DNA of 44,082 bases from a virus (taxonomy: Duplodnaviria > Caudoviricetes), in IMG/VR virus record IMGVR_UViG_3300002098_000009, positions 1 to 44,082 of that record; one strand, written 5' to 3'. The translations under genes were made by a program, and so were the position numbers. The notes below the pieces were generated by a model that was not told where the DNA came from, did not search any database, and was given only the letters and a program-made list of their open reading frames with translations. Positions 42,917 through 44,082 of this stretch are shown here, piece after piece. Each line of letters starts with the position of its first letter. The first letter of the stretch is position 1.

Positions 42917-44082
42917 ATGACCCCCACACCCGAGCAATCCGCAATTCTAGACTTCGTTCAAGCCTGCCCCGACAACCTTATGATCCGCGCTTACGCAGGC
43001 ACCGGCAAGACCCACATGCTAACCGAAATCGACAAAGCCTGTGGAACCAATCCCAAGCTCCTGATATGCTTCAACAAATCTATCGCCACCGAAGCAACCA
43101 GCCGCGTTCTTCCTTCGACCACAGTCAAGACCTTCAACTCCCTCGGACACCGGGTTTGGGCCGATGCTTGCGGCAAACGCCTGACCCTCGAAAAATCCAA
43201 AATCCTCAACATCTACCGAGCAATCGCCGATGAAACGTCAGCCGCTGAACGGTCGGAACTTTGGTCTTATTATGATTTGGTATCTTCCGGTGTTAATCTG
43301 GCGCGAGCTATTGGCTACATTCCGCCAAATCATGCGAAAGCATCCAAGGCCTTAACCAACTATCATACCCTAGAGCGCCTTCTCGACGAAACCCCATCAC
43401 CAGATGCCCATGCCTTGATTGATAAAATCCTGAATATCTCCATTAAGCAAGCCTACGACGGCTTAATCGACTTCAACGACCAAGTCTATATGCCAGCCCT
43501 GTTCTCCGGCGCATTTCCTCAGTTTCCGTTGGTGATGATAGATGAATATCAAGACCTTTCTCCGGTTAATCACGCGATGGTGGCTAAGCTCTGCCGCCGT
43601 TCCCGGCAAATTGGCGTCGGTGATGAATGCCAAGCCATATATGGATTTCGCGGTGCTGCCGCGTCGTCAATGTCAGATGCAATCGACCGATTTTCCATGT
43701 CCGTATTGCCCCTCTCGGTTACCTTTCGATGCCCGTCAAATATTGTTCAGAATGTCCTTTGGCGAGTGCCCGACTATAAATCAATCCGAGAGGGAGGTCT
43801 TGTTGAGAACCTTCCTGAACCTACCATCAACGACGACTCAACAGTAATCTGTCGAAATAACGCCCCACTTCTCAAGCAAGCCATGCGCCTACTGATCGCC
43901 GGACATTCTGTTGACGTCGCTGGGGTTGACGTTGGTGCCCGGATTATCAAAACCATGACCAAACTCGGCTCAGAATCCTTGACCCGAGCCCAGACCCTAT
44001 CCGCGATCGACGATTGGCAGGCTGAACGTGAATCCCTTGACTCCAAATCTGCCCCAGACCTCGCCGAATGTATGCGAGTATT
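42917..44082 (+). CDS. UvrD/Rep-like SF1 helicase, N-terminal part (about 467 aa when joined to 67-304; missed by the ORF track)
   Basis: MTPTPEQ Q-motif, AYAGTGKT, CFNKSIA, TFNSLG, IDEYQDLS, GDECQAIYGFRGA, VTFRCP. Confidence 0.92.
   Translation, partial: MTPTPEQSAILDFVQACPDNLMIRAYAGTGKTHMLTEIDKACGTNPKLLICFNKSIATEATSRVLPSTTVKTFNSLGHRVWADACGKRLTLEKSKILNIYRAIADETSAAERSELWSYYDLVSSGVNLARAIGYIPPNHAKASKALTNYHTLERLLDETPSPDAHALIDKILNISIKQAYDGLIDFNDQVYMPALFSGAFPQFPLVMIDEYQDLSPVNHAMVAKLCRRSRQIGVGDECQAIYGFRGAAASSMSDAIDRFSMSVLPLSVTFRCPSNIVQNVLWRVPDYKSIREGGLVENLPEPTINDDSTVICRNNAPLLKQAMRLLIAGHSVDVAGVDVGARIIKTMTKLGSESLTRAQTLSAIDDWQAERESLDSKSAPDLAECMRV
44017..44082. repeat. second copy of the 66-bp terminal overlap
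   Basis: Identical to 1-66. Confidence 0.95.

Noticed and set aside
44017-44082. 66-bp end repeat as a biological direct terminal repeat
   Set aside because: It falls in the middle of the helicase ORF, which reads through it; typical circular-assembly overlap
1-44082. Lysogeny module, phage RNA polymerase, tRNA genes, alternative genetic code
   Set aside because: No integrase, CI-type repressor, RNAP or tRNA signatures seen; standard-code ORFs tile the genome densely

Overview
The window is an apparently complete, circularly permuted tailed-phage genome of about 44,016 bp; bases 1-66 repeat at 44017-44082. It is podovirus-like, with a BPP-1/T7-type head-tail module and no RNA polymerase, integrase, clear repressor or recognisable primase. 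An alphaproteobacterial host is a weak inference. Two divergent arms start from a non-coding, strongly symmetric control region at about 36300-37100. The + arm carries small early genes, a UvrD-like helicase that spans the contig ends, a PD-(D/E)XK nuclease, a Sak4-like ATPase, SSB, a split UDG-exonuclease/PolA polymerase and a P-loop ATPase. The - arm carries a GIY-YIG gene, terS, terL, portal, scaffold, capsid, tail tubular proteins, ejection proteins including a 1905-aa polyvalent protein, and lysis genes. The most striking signal is that four structural-module proteins, including both tailspike/tail-fibre candidates, carry classical Sec signal peptides cleaved before Gln and have even, paired Cys counts (14, 6, 2, 2). 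This suggests periplasmic export and disulfide folding of virion appendages. Other signals are a shared C-terminal [PS]IxRR[IV] tag on four unrelated proteins, an ~800-bp degenerate palindrome, candidate structured RNAs, and an exonuclease active site split between two genes. All family assignments come from motifs read by eye; no searches were run.
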